Assembly: GCA_030621915.1 (NCBI GenBank) | Contig: JAUXGV010000001.1 | Coordinates: forward strand, 1-51,204 | Length of the DNA stretch: 51,204 nt | Source: Flavobacteriaceae bacterium | GTDB lineage: Bacteria; Bacteroidota; Bacteroidia; Flavobacteriales; Flavobacteriaceae | Reading direction: 5' to 3' | Shown here: positions 9,962-20,763 of the stretch, one piece after another | Position numbering within the stretch: the first letter of the stretch is position 1 | How the letters are laid out: each line of letters starts with the position of its first letter | Notes under the pieces: model-generated | The model's input: the letters and a program-made list of their open reading frames with translations, nothing else | Databases searched by the model: none | What the model was told of the DNA's origin: nothing | Program-made: the position numbers and the translations under genes

Positions 9962-10045
9962 CCTAAAACTATGACTTTCAAGATACAAAACATTTGTTAA
10001 TAAAATTGCTTGTAATTTTACATCGGCCCTAAGTTTTTATTTAGT

Positions 10046-10075
10046 TTTGTTCAAAGGCTTTGACCTTTGAACAAA
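10046..10075. promoter_or_regulatory. Perfect 12-bp inverted repeat overlapping two opposed -7 promoter motifs between dprA and the SPOR gene
   Basis: TTTGTTCAAAGG-ctttga-CCTTTGAACAAA; TAGTTTTG on + (10042-10049) and TAAATTTG on - (10079-10072). Confidence 0.5.
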
Positions 10076-10107
10076 TTTATAATCTAATTTTATAACAATT
10101 ATTAAGA

Positions 10108-11034
10108 TTGACTTTAGCCAACTATATAAGCGATTTATTGTTTCGATATGAATGCGTTATTGTTCCTAATTTTGGAGGGTTTATTTCTAATAATAAATCG
10201 GCAAAAATTGATTTAATAAATCAAACTCTTCAACCTCCCTACAAGCAAATAACTTTTAATGGTCATTTAAAAAACAATGATGGCTTACTTGCGAATTACA
10301 TCTCTTCAGTTGATAAAATTCTTTACAAATGTGCTATCAATTTTATTCAATTGGAAATTGAAAGTTGGAAAGAAAAATTAGAAAATGAGGATTTAATATT
10401 GGATGAGATTGGTTCATTTTCATTAGTTGACAATAAATTACAATTCGAGCCTCAGCATAAAGTAAATTATTTAACGTCATCCTTTGGTTTAAACACAATT
10501 GTTGCTCCTGAAATTAAAAGAGAAGAATATATAAAACAGGTGGAAAAGTTAGAGGAAAAGGCACCAATAATATTGAGTGCTGAACGAAAAAAAGCTCCAA
10601 ATTATTTAAAATATGCAGCAATTTTTGTGATCGGACTATCTTCCATCGGCTTCGGAAATAAACTTTATAAAGACTATCAAAATAAACAATTATTAATAGT
10701 AGAACAGGAACAGCAGGAAATTATTAATCAAAAAATTGAAAATGCTACTTTTGTAATTACCAAACCTTTACCAACACTAAATTTGGATGTTTCAGCCGAA
10801 AAATTAAATTATCATGTAATAGCTGGTGCCTTTCGATTTCCTGAAAACGCAGTTAAAAAAGTTAAACAACTGAAAGCAGAAGGCTATGATGCCCGTATTT
10901 TAGGAGTTAATAAATGGAATTTATCTGTTGTCTCTTTTCAGAGCTATTCTATTCAGGAAGAGGCGCGTAATGTACTTAAAAATATACAAGGTGACGTGGA
11001 AAAGGATGCTTGGCTACTTATTCAGGAATTCTAA
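10108..11034 (+). CDS. HU-CCDC81-like / SPOR domain membrane-anchored protein
   Basis: N-terminal YISDLLFRYECVIVPNFGGF, a central TM segment, and C-terminal YHVIAGAF...AWLL SPOR domain. Confidence 0.88.
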   Translation: MTLANYISDLLFRYECVIVPNFGGFISNNKSAKIDLINQTLQPPYKQITFNGHLKNNDGLLANYISSVDKILYKCAINFIQLEIESWKEKLENEDLILDEIGSFSLVDNKLQFEPQHKVNYLTSSFGLNTIVAPEIKREEYIKQVEKLEEKAPIILSAERKKAPNYLKYAAIFVIGLSSIGFGNKLYKDYQNKQLLIVEQEQQEIINQKIENATFVITKPLPTLNLDVSAEKLNYHVIAGAFRFPENAVKKVKQLKAEGYDARILGVNKWNLSVVSFQSYSIQEEARNVLKNIQGDVEKDAWLLIQEF

Positions 11035-11093
11035 ACTCATTATTTTTTTCAAGAGTTTAAACAACTCAAATAACTTTAACAAAATTTAATAAA

Positions 11094-11603
11094 ATGGATT
11101 CAAAAACACCCAAAGAGTCTTTGACCATATTAACAGATTTGGTCTTACCTGGCGAGACCAATCCCCTTGATAATTTATTTGGCGGAGAATTATTAGCAAG
11201 AATGGATCGAGCTTCCAGTATCGCTGCGAGAAGACATTGTAGAAGAATTGTTGTAACGGCAACTGTAAATCACGTTGCTTTTACAAAAGCGGTGCCTGTT
11301 GGAAGCGTCCTTACCATTGAAGCAAAAGTTTCAAGAGCATTTTCATCCTCTATGGAAATTTTTGTTGATGTGTGGATGGAAGATCGAGAATCCGGCCAAA
11401 AAACTAAAGTAAATGAGGGTATTTATACTTTTGTTGCTGTAGATCGAACGGGAAGCCCGATTAAGGTTCCTCAAATTTCACCGGAAACAGATTTAGAGAA
11501 AATTCGATTCGAAGGAGCATTGCGAAGAAAGCAACTAAGCTTGGTATTATCAAATAAAATGAAGCCACAAGATGCCACAGAATTGATGGCTTTATTTAGT
11601 TAA
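11094..11603 (+). CDS. Acyl-CoA thioesterase (YciA-like hotdog fold)
   Basis: TNPLDNLFGGELLARMD, VVTA, SSMEI and YTFVAVD motifs. Confidence 0.92.
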   Translation: MDSKTPKESLTILTDLVLPGETNPLDNLFGGELLARMDRASSIAARRHCRRIVVTATVNHVAFTKAVPVGSVLTIEAKVSRAFSSSMEIFVDVWMEDRESGQKTKVNEGIYTFVAVDRTGSPIKVPQISPETDLEKIRFEGALRRKQLSLVLSNKMKPQDATELMALFS

Positions 11604-11609
11604 AACTGC

Positions 11610-11648
11610 AAAAAAAAAAGCATCCTGAATGTTTTTCAAGATGCTTTT
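11610..11648. terminator. Intrinsic terminator, probably bidirectional, between convergent genes
   Basis: AAAAGCATCCTGAA / TTCAAGATGCTTTT stem with a long U-tract on the minus strand. Confidence 0.85.
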
Positions 11649-11668
11649 AAATAAGTCAAATTACGTAC

Positions 11669-12412
11669 TTATTTATTAACTTTTTTAATATATTTTTCTA
11701 AAGCCATTGTCATCGATGGAGTCTCTTTTGTAGGTGCAGCAATATCAATTTTTAAACCTGCTCCTTCAGCTGCTTTTACTGTTGTATTTCCAAAAACAGC
11801 TATTCTTGTATTGTTTTGTTTAAATTCAGGGAAATTCTTAAATAATGAATGTATACCACTCGGACTAAAGAAAACCAAAACATCATAAAATACATCCTCC
11901 AAATCCGATAAATCACTCATTACGGTCTTGAATAATATTGCTTTTTGGAAGTTGATATCAAATTCATTTAACTTATTAGGAATTGTATCTTTCACCTTAT
12001 CCGAACAAGGAAACAAAAATTTTTCTGTTTTATGTTTTTTTATCAATGGCAAAAGATCATCAAAAGTTCTGATTCCTACATAAATTTTACGTTTCCTATA
12101 AACCACATATTTCTGTAAATAAAACGCAACAGCTTCTGATAAACAAAAATAATTCATATCATCCGGAATCGACATTCTCATATCCTCCGCCAATCTAAAG
12201 TAATTGTCAATCGCATTTCTACTGGTAAATATTACAGCAGTAAAGTTTAAAAAATCAATTTTTTGTGAGCGAACATTTTTCGCCGTTTCTCCTTCAACAT
12301 GAATAAACGATCTAAAGTCAATCTTAACTTTTTGCTTATCCATTAAATTATAATAAGGAGATTGTATCGCTTTTGGCGCTGGTTGTGAAACGAGTATAGT
12401 TTTTACCTTCAT
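11669..12412 (-). CDS. hemD: Uroporphyrinogen-III synthase family protein
   Basis: MKVKTILVSQP, IFTSRNA, VFFSPSGI and AVFGNTT motifs typical of the Bacteroidota HemD-like protein. Confidence 0.88.
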   Translation of the reverse strand: MKVKTILVSQPAPKAIQSPYYNLMDKQKVKIDFRSFIHVEGETAKNVRSQKIDFLNFTAVIFTSRNAIDNYFRLAEDMRMSIPDDMNYFCLSEAVAFYLQKYVVYRKRKIYVGIRTFDDLLPLIKKHKTEKFLFPCSDKVKDTIPNKLNEFDINFQKAILFKTVMSDLSDLEDVFYDVLVFFSPSGIHSLFKNFPEFKQNNTRIAVFGNTTVKAAEGAGLKIDIAAPTKETPSMTMALEKYIKKVNK

Positions 12413-12422
12413 AAATTTTACT

Positions 12423-13085
12423 TTAATCGACGAACATTTTATAAATAACTATAATAGGTGCTATTTCAAGGGCGCAAATGTACAAAATTAAATAAAAGAA
12501 AATGTTAAAATTCTCCCTTATTTTTTTGACAATAACAAAGTACCGTATTAATAACATTGCTAGCATACTAATGATACTAAAAGTTATGAAAAAGTTATGA
12601 AAATATGAACTGCTATAATTAATCAAAATCAATAAAGGAAAACAAAAGACAAAAACTAATGATAAATTACTGATTTTAAGCAAGGTTAAATGCTTATGAA
12701 ATTCAGATATTCCAAACATTAATGCCAATAAATATCCTCCCAAATATCTCATGGAAACATATAGAATTGCAATAACAATTATTTTGACAAAAAAATTAAA
12801 ATCATTCACAATGATTACAGAACCGAAAGCCTTAAAACCAAAAAATAATAGGAGTGATATGTTAAAAAGAATAATTAGAAAAAAATATAAATGGAATTTA
12901 TTAAAGATTAAGGGCTTTGTTTTAGAATAATTCGTAAAATACTTTTCGGAATATAACAGTGAAAAAAGCTTGCTAAATCTTTCACTATAAGAAAATTTCA
13001 ACATGGTTATTGATAATAATACCAACATTAGAACCATTGTAATCCAATCTTTGGTATAAACAACCCTTTCTAAACCTTCAAACAC
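12423..13085 (-). CDS. DUF4271-like membrane protein
   Basis: Multi-TM protein ending in FYLILYICALEIAP; position upstream of hemD. Confidence 0.8.
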   Translation of the reverse strand: MFEGLERVVYTKDWITMVLMLVLLSITMLKFSYSERFSKLFSLLYSEKYFTNYSKTKPLIFNKFHLYFFLIILFNISLLLFFGFKAFGSVIIVNDFNFFVKIIVIAILYVSMRYLGGYLLALMFGISEFHKHLTLLKISNLSLVFVFCFPLLILINYSSSYFHNFFITFSIISMLAMLLIRYFVIVKKIRENFNIFFYLILYICALEIAPIIVIYKMFVD

Positions 13086-13391
13086 TTTACTTAATTTTTA
13101 AAACTCCTGATCAAATGCAGAATCAAATTATAAATTTGAAAAATCCCTTCTGTCCCATTAACTCAATTCTCGAAAATAAGAAGATCTTTTTCAATTACAA
13201 AAGTAATAATAATTTGTTTTAACAATATTCAAACATTTCATTGTTGGTTTTCTTCAATTGATAATTAAAAAACATATGAAGTCATATTGTTTAGTATCTT
13301 TGCTTTTCGAAGATATTACAATATTTTATCAAATCTTAAAAATTTTAACCCTCTGAAATAATTGATTCTAGTTGGTTCGAAATCAAGAAAT

Positions 13392-14111
13392 ATGCGAGAT
13401 ACATTAGTTATTATTCCTACTTTTAATGAAAAGGAGAATATTGAAAAAATTATAAGAACTACTTTTTCGCAAGTAAAGGAATTTGATATTTTGGTAGTTG
13501 ATGATAGTTCACCAGATGGCACCGGAAATATTGTTAAAAAACTACAAACTGATTTTCCAAACAATTTATTTCTAGAAATTCGTAAATTAAAAACTGGTTT
13601 AGGGGCAGCTTATATTCATGGTTTCAATTGGGCTCTAAATAAAAAATATGAATACGTTATTGAAATGGATGCTGATTTTTCACACAACCCTAAAGATTTG
13701 GTCAGGTTATATAATGCTTGTTCTCAAAATGGAGCTGATTTATCCATTGGATCAAGGTATTCAAAAGGGGTTAATGTAGTCAATTGGTCAATGAAAAGGG
13801 TATTATTATCGTATTTTGCCTCAAAGTATGTTCAATTTGTAACAGGTATTCCTATTCATGATACAACAGCGGGATTTGTTTGCTATAAACGTAAAGTTTT
13901 GGAAAAGATTCAATTAAATAAAATTAGGTTTGTAGGGTACGCCTTTCAAATTGAAATGAAATTTAAAGCATGGAAACATGGTTTTAACCTTAAAGAAGTT
14001 TCTGTAATATTTACAGACAGAACCTTGGGTGAATCAAAAATGAATAAAACAATTATTACTGAAGCGGTTTTCGGTATAATCAAAATGAGGATTAAAGGAT
14101 TGCCTAAATAA
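13392..14111 (+). CDS. Polyprenol monophosphomannose synthase (GT2); probable start MRDTLV
   Basis: IIPTFNEKEN, VVDDSSPDGT, EMDADFSH, GSRY and GYAFQIEMK motifs. Confidence 0.92.
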   Translation: MRDTLVIIPTFNEKENIEKIIRTTFSQVKEFDILVVDDSSPDGTGNIVKKLQTDFPNNLFLEIRKLKTGLGAAYIHGFNWALNKKYEYVIEMDADFSHNPKDLVRLYNACSQNGADLSIGSRYSKGVNVVNWSMKRVLLSYFASKYVQFVTGIPIHDTTAGFVCYKRKVLEKIQLNKIRFVGYAFQIEMKFKAWKHGFNLKEVSVIFTDRTLGESKMNKTIITEAVFGIIKMRIKGLPK

Positions 14112-14125
14112 TTATAAATTTGAAT

Positions 14126-15466
14126 ATGAGTTCCATACTTATAAAAAATGCCCATATAGTAAATGAAGGTGAAACATTGAAAAAAGATGTTTTAATTCAA
14201 GACGAAATGATTGCAAATATTGATATTAATATTGAAATTCCTTCAAACGATACTATAGTTATCAATGGAGATGGAAAATTTTTATTGCCCGGAATTATAG
14301 ATGATCAAGTTCATTTTCGGGAACCAGGCCTAACACATAAAGCAGATATAGCTTCAGAATCAAGAGCCGCTGCGGCAGGGGGAATCACTTCCTATATTGA
14401 AATGCCCAATACAATTCCTCAAAGCACGACACAGGAGCTATTAGAAGAAAAATTTAAAATTGCTGCTAAAAACTCATATACCAATTATTCTTTTATGTTT
14501 GGAGGTACCAATGACAATTTGGATGAACTTTTAAAAACTGATCCAAATAAAGTGGCTGCAATTAAGCTTTTTTTAGGTTCGTCAACGGGTAATATGTTGG
14601 TTGATGATGAAGTTGTTTTAGAGAAAATATTTTCGTCAACTAACATGCTAATTGCAGTTCATTGTGAGGATGAGACTACCATCAAAAAAAATTTAGACAG
14701 GCAAAAAAAAATTTACGGAGATGATATTCCCATAGAATTACATCCAATTATCAGAAGTGAAGAGGCTTGTTATATTTCATCTTCCAAAGCCATCGAATTG
14801 GCCAAGAAAACCGGTGCAAGACTTCATGTTTTTCATGTTTCAACAGCTAAGGAAACAGCACTTTTTACGAATAAAATTCCGTTAGAAGAAAAACAAATTA
14901 CAGCTGAGGTATGTGTGCACCATTTGTGGTTTGATGATACAGATTATGATAAGAAAAGTACTTTAATTAAATGGAATCCCGCTATAAAGACTGCTGCAGA
15001 TAAAGATGGATTATGGGAAGCCTTACTTGATGATCGATTAGATATTATTGCTACTGACCATGCACCCCATACTTTGGAAGAAAAACAACAAAATTACATA
15101 AATGCTCCTAGTGGAGGACCCTTAGTTCAACATGCTTTATTGGCCATGTTGGAAGCCACCAGGAATAAGAGAATTTCATTAGAAAAAATGGTTGAAAAAA
15201 TGTGCCATAATCCTGCTAAAATTTTTAAAATTGATAGACGTGGATTTATAAAAAAAGGATATTATGCCGATTTAGTTCTGGTAGATTTGGATAGGTCACA
15301 GTTGATTACGAAAGACAATATATTATACAAATGCTCTTGGTCACCCTTTGAGGGAACAACTTTTAATTCAACAATTACACATACCTTTATTAATGGGGAT
15401 TTAATTTTCAACGAAGGAAAATTTAATGACATAATTAAAGGGAAAAGATTAGAGTTTAACAGATGA
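14126..15466 (+). CDS. pyrC: Dihydroorotase
   Basis: PGIIDDQVHFREPG, EMPNT, HCED, KWNPAIK and ATDHAPH motifs. Confidence 0.92.
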   Translation: MSSILIKNAHIVNEGETLKKDVLIQDEMIANIDINIEIPSNDTIVINGDGKFLLPGIIDDQVHFREPGLTHKADIASESRAAAAGGITSYIEMPNTIPQSTTQELLEEKFKIAAKNSYTNYSFMFGGTNDNLDELLKTDPNKVAAIKLFLGSSTGNMLVDDEVVLEKIFSSTNMLIAVHCEDETTIKKNLDRQKKIYGDDIPIELHPIIRSEEACYISSSKAIELAKKTGARLHVFHVSTAKETALFTNKIPLEEKQITAEVCVHHLWFDDTDYDKKSTLIKWNPAIKTAADKDGLWEALLDDRLDIIATDHAPHTLEEKQQNYINAPSGGPLVQHALLAMLEATRNKRISLEKMVEKMCHNPAKIFKIDRRGFIKKGYYADLVLVDLDRSQLITKDNILYKCSWSPFEGTTFNSTITHTFINGDLIFNEGKFNDIIKGKRLEFNR

Positions 15467-15873
15467 ATCAATTTATTTACATATCCATTATTCTACTTGT
15501 TTTTTCATGTACTAGTAAAACGAAATTTAAGGAACCGGAAGATTTAATTTCTAAAGAAATAATGATTGATCTTTTAGTTGATCTCCATTTGGGAGTTGCT
15601 GCTCAAAGCATTAAGAATAAAAATTTGGAAAGAAGCAAGAATTATTTGGCCTTCGTTTTTGAAAAGTATCATATCGATAGTACTCGTTTTGCGGTCAGCA
15701 ATACTTATTATATGTCTAATATTGAAGAATACGAAGATATGTTTGAGGAAGTTCAAAAACAAATTGAAGTCTTACGTGAAATATATGATTTAGAAAAGGA
15801 TACGATTGCAGAACGCATGGAGAAATATGAAAATAGGATGAAAAAAATCGAAAAGGGAGAGCTGGTTAAATAA
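15463..15873 (+). CDS. DUF4296-like lipoprotein
   Basis: Lipobox VFSC, P..LI....MIDLL.D.H and IDSTRF..SN.YY patterns. Confidence 0.8.
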   Translation: MNQFIYISIILLVFSCTSKTKFKEPEDLISKEIMIDLLVDLHLGVAAQSIKNKNLERSKNYLAFVFEKYHIDSTRFAVSNTYYMSNIEEYEDMFEEVQKQIEVLREIYDLEKDTIAERMEKYENRMKKIEKGELVK

Positions 15874-16878
15874 TTAGCTTTTCCTTAAAAAATCCTTACA
15901 AATGGATTTGATTGATCCCTCAATACTTCGAAATTCATACATTAATGCATTTTCAATTTTTCTCGATGAATAATACTGTTTTGAATTCATAGTTTTTGCT
16001 GTCCGTTTATCAATATAAGAACCTTTCGAGGTAAATAAGCTTTTTATTAGATTAAATCTCCAAGCAATTTCACACATAAATTGAGTCAGTTTAATTTTTG
16101 GCCTCTTCAGATTAAAGACATCCGCAATTTGAAAAAATATATCTTTAAAAGAAACATTATCGGAAACTAAAATAAAACGTTCATTTTTAATATTGCTTTT
16201 CATTAATTTTATCATAATAGATACAACATCTTTTACATCAACAAATCCCGTAACACGTTCCGTATAGAAAATAAATCCATTGTAAATTCGAGAAAATATT
16301 TTACCGGAACCTTTTTTCCAAAATCCTGAACCCAAAATAATTCCAGGATTTACAATTACAACATCCACTCCTTCCTGACTTCCTCTCCAAACCTCCATTT
16401 CAGCGCCATATTTCGATATGGCATAGCCGCTTTTAAATGCAGAATTATTCCATTTTCCTAATTCATCAATTTCTGAGCCATTATTCTTTTCAACAGAGGC
16501 AATTGAACTAACAAAACAAAGTTTTAGTACCGAGTTTGTTATACACAAATTAACTATGTTGCTGGTTCCATCAATGTTAATACTGCGCATTTTTTTATAA
16601 TCTGCTGGATCAAATGAAACCATGGCTGCACAATGGTAAACATGAGTTACAGATTGAAATGCCATTTCAAGGCCTGTAATATCTTCCAATCCCGCCTCAA
16701 CCCATATGATCTTTTCAAAAATACTTTTATAATCCGTATTATAATAACTGAATACTTTTTTCACACAGCTTAAATCACTTGTTTTCTGATGAATAGCTTT
16801 CACCGAATCATTTTCTAACAATAAATGATACAATAAATGTGAACCCACCAATCCTGTTCCTCCTGTTACTAAAATCAT
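15874..16878 (-). CDS. NAD-dependent epimerase/dehydratase family protein
   Basis: TGGTGLVG Rossmann motif, HCAA and YAISK (YxxxK). Confidence 0.92.
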   Translation of the reverse strand: MILVTGGTGLVGSHLLYHLLLENDSVKAIHQKTSDLSCVKKVFSYYNTDYKSIFEKIIWVEAGLEDITGLEMAFQSVTHVYHCAAMVSFDPADYKKMRSINIDGTSNIVNLCITNSVLKLCFVSSIASVEKNNGSEIDELGKWNNSAFKSGYAISKYGAEMEVWRGSQEGVDVVIVNPGIILGSGFWKKGSGKIFSRIYNGFIFYTERVTGFVDVKDVVSIMIKLMKSNIKNERFILVSDNVSFKDIFFQIADVFNLKRPKIKLTQFMCEIAWRFNLIKSLFTSKGSYIDKRTAKTMNSKQYYSSRKIENALMYEFRSIEGSIKSICKDFLRKS

Positions 16879-17070
16879 ACAGCTAAAGTAATTAAAATTA
16901 TTTTTGAATTGAATTATTTTTCACATATTCGATATGATACTACTTTATTGAAATCCATATATCCCATATTTTATTAAGCAATTTCGACAAGAGTATCATT
17001 TAAAAATAACACATCAAAAACCTTCATTTTATTCATTGATTTTTATCTTTGTTAAAATTTAATTTTTAGA

Positions 17071-18366
17071 ATGAAGAATTTTGTAAAAGAACTGAACTGG
17101 CGTGGGTTAATACATGATATAATGCCCGGTACAGAAGAACAATTATTAAAGGAACAAACATCGGCTTATATTGGATTTGACCCAACATCCGATTCCTTAC
17201 ATATTGGCAGTTTGGTTCAAATAATTTTATTGATGCATTTTCAAAAGTCAGGTCATAAGCCAATTGCCTTAGTTGGTGGTGCTACGGGAATGATTGGGGA
17301 TCCTTCCGGTAAATCTACCGAAAGAAATTTATTAGACGAAGCAACTTTAAACAAAAACATTGCAGGTGTTAAAAGAACTTTGGAAAGATTTATTGATTTT
17401 TCAGGTTCGATAAGTAATTCAGCAGAATTAGTTAATAATTATGATTGGATGAAAAACCTTTCCTTTTTGGAATTTGCACGTGATATTGGAAAACATATAA
17501 CCGTAAATTATATGATGGCGAAAGATTCTGTTAAAAACCGAATTAATGCCGATTCAAAAGAAGGAATGAGTTTTACTGAATTTACCTATCAATTGGTTCA
17601 GGGTTTTGACTTTTTACATTTATACAATCATAAAAACTGCAAATTACAGATAGGTGGAAGTGACCAATGGGGTAATATTACTACGGGTACAGAATTGATT
17701 AGACGTAAGGCTCAAGGAAAAGCATATGCGCTCACAAGCCCTCTGATTACTAAAGCCGACGGAACCAAATTCGGTAAGACGGAAGGTGGAAATATTTGGC
17801 TAGATGCCAATAGAACTTCTCCTTATAAATACTATCAATATTGGTTAAATGCATCAGATATTGATGCTGAAAATTATATAAAAATATTTACCTTTTTAGA
17901 TGAAGAAACTATAAATAGTCTCATTGAAGACCATAAACAAACACCCCATTTAAGGATATTGCAAAAAAAAGTTGCAGAGGAGGTTACCATGATGACACAT
18001 GGTAAGGAGGCCTTTGAAAATGCTGTAAAAGCATCTTCCATTTTATTTGGTAAATCAACCGCGAAGGATCTCAAAAATTTGGATGAACAAACATTTTTAG
18101 ATGTTTTTGAAGGAGTTCCTCAGGCTGAAATTTCTAGGGATGAATTGGAAAATGGCGTAGAAATTATTGATGCATTAAACGAAAAGTCTGGCTTTCTAAA
18201 ATCTAACGGAGAAGCAAGAAGAGCCTTAAAAGAAAACTCCATTTCGATTAATAAGGAAAAAGTAAAAGATGGTTTGGTTTTAAATAATAATGATCTAATT
18301 GCTGATAAATATATTCTCTTGCAAAGAGGAAAACGAAATTATTTTTTATTGAAAATTAAAACTTGA
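17071..18366 (+). CDS. tyrS: Tyrosine--tRNA ligase
   Basis: [26 protein letters not shown] and C-terminal S4 domain. Confidence 0.98.
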   Translation: MKNFVKELNWRGLIHDIMPGTEEQLLKEQTSAYIGFDPTSDSLHIGSLVQIILLMHFQKSGHKPIALVGGATGMIGDPSGKSTERNLLDEATLNKNIAGVKRTLERFIDFSGSISNSAELVNNYDWMKNLSFLEFARDIGKHITVNYMMAKDSVKNRINADSKEGMSFTEFTYQLVQGFDFLHLYNHKNCKLQIGGSDQWGNITTGTELIRRKAQGKAYALTSPLITKADGTKFGKTEGGNIWLDANRTSPYKYYQYWLNASDIDAENYIKIFTFLDEETINSLIEDHKQTPHLRILQKKVAEEVTMMTHGKEAFENAVKASSILFGKSTAKDLKNLDEQTFLDVFEGVPQAEISRDELENGVEIIDALNEKSGFLKSNGEARRALKENSISINKEKVKDGLVLNNNDLIADKYILLQRGKRNYFLLKIKT

Positions 18367-18380
18367 TATTTTATTAAAAT

Positions 18381-19022
18381 TTATTTTACTCTACTTATTG
18401 TCAAACCATCCCGAATTGGGAGAATAATAGTTTCAATTCTTGGATCTAATTTAAGCAATTTGTTATATTCAATCAAAGAAATTGTATCTATATCTTTTGA
18501 ATTTGGCTTTTCAGTAACTTTTCCACTCCACAAAACATTGTCAGATAAAATGACTCCCCCTCTATTCATTTTATCAATTATCGATTTAAAATAATTAACA
18601 TAATTTTCCTTATCAGCATCAATAAAAACCAGATCAAACCTTTCATCAAAGGATGAAATAATGTCTAAAGCATTTCCTAAATGTTGTTTAATGCTATTTT
18701 TATATTTCGAAAGTTCAAAGTATTTTTTTTGTAAATCGAACAATTCCTCATTATGATCAATGGTATGTATAAGTCCATTATTTTGAATTCCCTCGGCTAA
18801 ACACAAGGCCGAATAACCCGTGAAAGTTCCAATTTCTAAAATATTTTTGGGCTGGACTATTTTTGAAATCATAGATAAAACTCTCCCTTGAAAATGTCCA
18901 CTCAACATTCTAGGCATCAAAGCCTTTTGCCATGTTTCTTTGTTTAGTAGCTGAAGCAATTCAGGTTCTTCCTCAATATGATTATTGATATATTGGTTTA
19001 TTTTTTCTGGTATAAATTCCAT
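18381..19022 (-). CDS. SAM-dependent O-methyltransferase (caffeoyl-CoA OMT-like)
   Basis: LEIGTFTGYS, FIDADK, DNVLWSG and RDGL motifs. Confidence 0.92.
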   Translation of the reverse strand: MEFIPEKINQYINNHIEEEPELLQLLNKETWQKALMPRMLSGHFQGRVLSMISKIVQPKNILEIGTFTGYSALCLAEGIQNNGLIHTIDHNEELFDLQKKYFELSKYKNSIKQHLGNALDIISSFDERFDLVFIDADKENYVNYFKSIIDKMNRGGVILSDNVLWSGKVTEKPNSKDIDTISLIEYNKLLKLDPRIETIILPIRDGLTISRVK

Positions 19023-19032
19023 AGAAAATTAT

Positions 19033-20469
19033 TTATAATACAGGTGCCATTAAACGAGCAATTGAACAAATGATTTTAATATACCATTTGCGGTTCAATA
19101 ATTCCTCTAATTCAAGTTTGTAAGAATCTTTCAAATCAATCTCAAATTGGGATTTCATAATATTTGCTGAAGTATTATCAAGAATAAAGGCATTGACTTC
19201 TGAATTTAAGTTGAAACTTCTGTAATCCATATTGGTACTTCCCACAGTACAAATATAACCATCAACAATCATAGTTTTAGCATGCATCATACCTTTGGTA
19301 TAATAATAAACTTCAACTCCACTAAGTAAAAGTTCTTTTAAATAAGTCTGGGACGCATAATATGCGGTTTTTATATCTGGTTTTTTAGGTATAATAATTC
19401 TGATCCGTACGCCACTTTTAGCCGTAATTTTTAGAGCATTCAAAATCGATTCATTGGGTAAGAAATAGGGAGTTGCTATTAAAACTTCATTTCTAGCATT
19501 GGTAATCATACTAAAAAACACTTCCATAATACTTTGATATTGTGAATCGTAATCACTTCCTAAAATACCCATAGGAATTTGACCTTGTATATTATCACTG
19601 TTTGAATACTTAATTTCACTTAAAGGAATTTTCTCTTGGCTCACAAAATACCAATCGCTTATAAATACGAACTGCAGTTCTATAACAGCCTGTCCTTTTA
19701 TAATTAAATGAGTATCGCGCCAAAATAGGTTATTCTTATTTGGGTTGATGTACTTGTCGGCAACGTTAATTCCACCCAGAAATCCAATTTCATTATCAAT
19801 TACAACAATTTTTCGGTGATTTCTATAATTTGCCCGATGCGCTAACCTTGAAAAAAATACCGGCATATAAGGAAATACTTCAACCTTATTATTTTTTAGT
19901 TTTTGAATATTTTTTTTAGAAATTGAACTGCCAACTCCATCATAAATCATTCTTATTTTAACCCCTACCAATGATTTTTGGCATAGTATATCAATAATTT
20001 TTTGCCCTATATCATCATCATTAAAAATATAATATTCTATATGAATGCTTTTTTTTGCATTTTTTAATTCTTCAATTAATAATGGAAATTTCTCTTCACC
20101 ATTTTGCAAGAATTTTATGGAATTTTCAAATGTAAATTTCACATGTTCTATATTATAAAACAAAGTGGGTAATTTGGTATTGGTTCCAATTTTTAAATAT
20201 TCTTTGCTTTGATTATGACTTTTTTTTAAAGAATATAAATAATCATTATTATAATACCTTTTGTGGGTATAAATTCTCTTTTTTTGATACTGAGCTCCCA
20301 ATAAAAAATATATGAGAACACCTCCAATAGGAAAAAGTAAAATCAAAAATATATATGCAAAAGATTTTTCAGGTTTTTTATTAGCAATAATTATCAGAAA
20401 AATTAGAACACTAATAAATACATAATAGCTTATTAAAAGGTAGGGTTTTATATTGTAGAGCAAATCCAT
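19033..20469 (-). CDS. cls: Cardiolipin synthase
   Basis: Two N-terminal TM helices and two HKD motifs (NHRKIVVID, MHAKTMIVD). Confidence 0.95.
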   Translation of the reverse strand: MDLLYNIKPYLLISYYVFISVLIFLIIIANKKPEKSFAYIFLILLFPIGGVLIYFLLGAQYQKKRIYTHKRYYNNDYLYSLKKSHNQSKEYLKIGTNTKLPTLFYNIEHVKFTFENSIKFLQNGEEKFPLLIEELKNAKKSIHIEYYIFNDDDIGQKIIDILCQKSLVGVKIRMIYDGVGSSISKKNIQKLKNNKVEVFPYMPVFFSRLAHRANYRNHRKIVVIDNEIGFLGGINVADKYINPNKNNLFWRDTHLIIKGQAVIELQFVFISDWYFVSQEKIPLSEIKYSNSDNIQGQIPMGILGSDYDSQYQSIMEVFFSMITNARNEVLIATPYFLPNESILNALKITAKSGVRIRIIIPKKPDIKTAYYASQTYLKELLLSGVEVYYYTKGMMHAKTMIVDGYICTVGSTNMDYRSFNLNSEVNAFILDNTSANIMKSQFEIDLKDSYKLELEELLNRKWYIKIICSIARLMAPVL

Positions 20470-20492
20470 AAAAGCTTATTTATAGATAAGGT

Positions 20493-20756
20493 TTATTCCT
20501 CCATTTTTCGGGTTATACTTTTTTCCAAGAGTTGTTTTGCTTCCACCGATAATTTATTTGCGTCATCACAAGGATTTATATGCTTATCAATTAATATAGT
20601 AATTATCTGATTTTGTGAGGAATACGTTTTACAGTATTTGCACATTAAAAAATGGATATTCAATTTAATCTTATTCCAAACAGAAGCTTCTTTATATTGA
20701 TTTTTGTTACAAATTGAAGTTGCCTCCTCGCAATTAATTAAAATTTTTCTACTCAT
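20493..20756 (-). CDS. Small soluble zinc-finger (zf-HC2-like) anti-sigma factor candidate
   Basis: CEEA...H-x3-C-x2-C (HFLMCKYC), directly downstream of an ECF sigma. Confidence 0.75.
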   Translation of the reverse strand: MSRKILINCEEATSICNKNQYKEASVWNKIKLNIHFLMCKYCKTYSSQNQIITILIDKHINPCDDANKLSVEAKQLLEKSITRKMEE

Positions 20757-20763
20757 AACCCTT

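Noticed and set aside
13086-13391. 300-bp gap between the DUF4271 and GT2 genes, including the 82-aa ORF at 13316-13564
   Set aside because: Explained by divergent promoters (TAnnTTTG motifs on both strands); the ORF is mostly antisense to the GT2 gene, and no structure or relic was recognised
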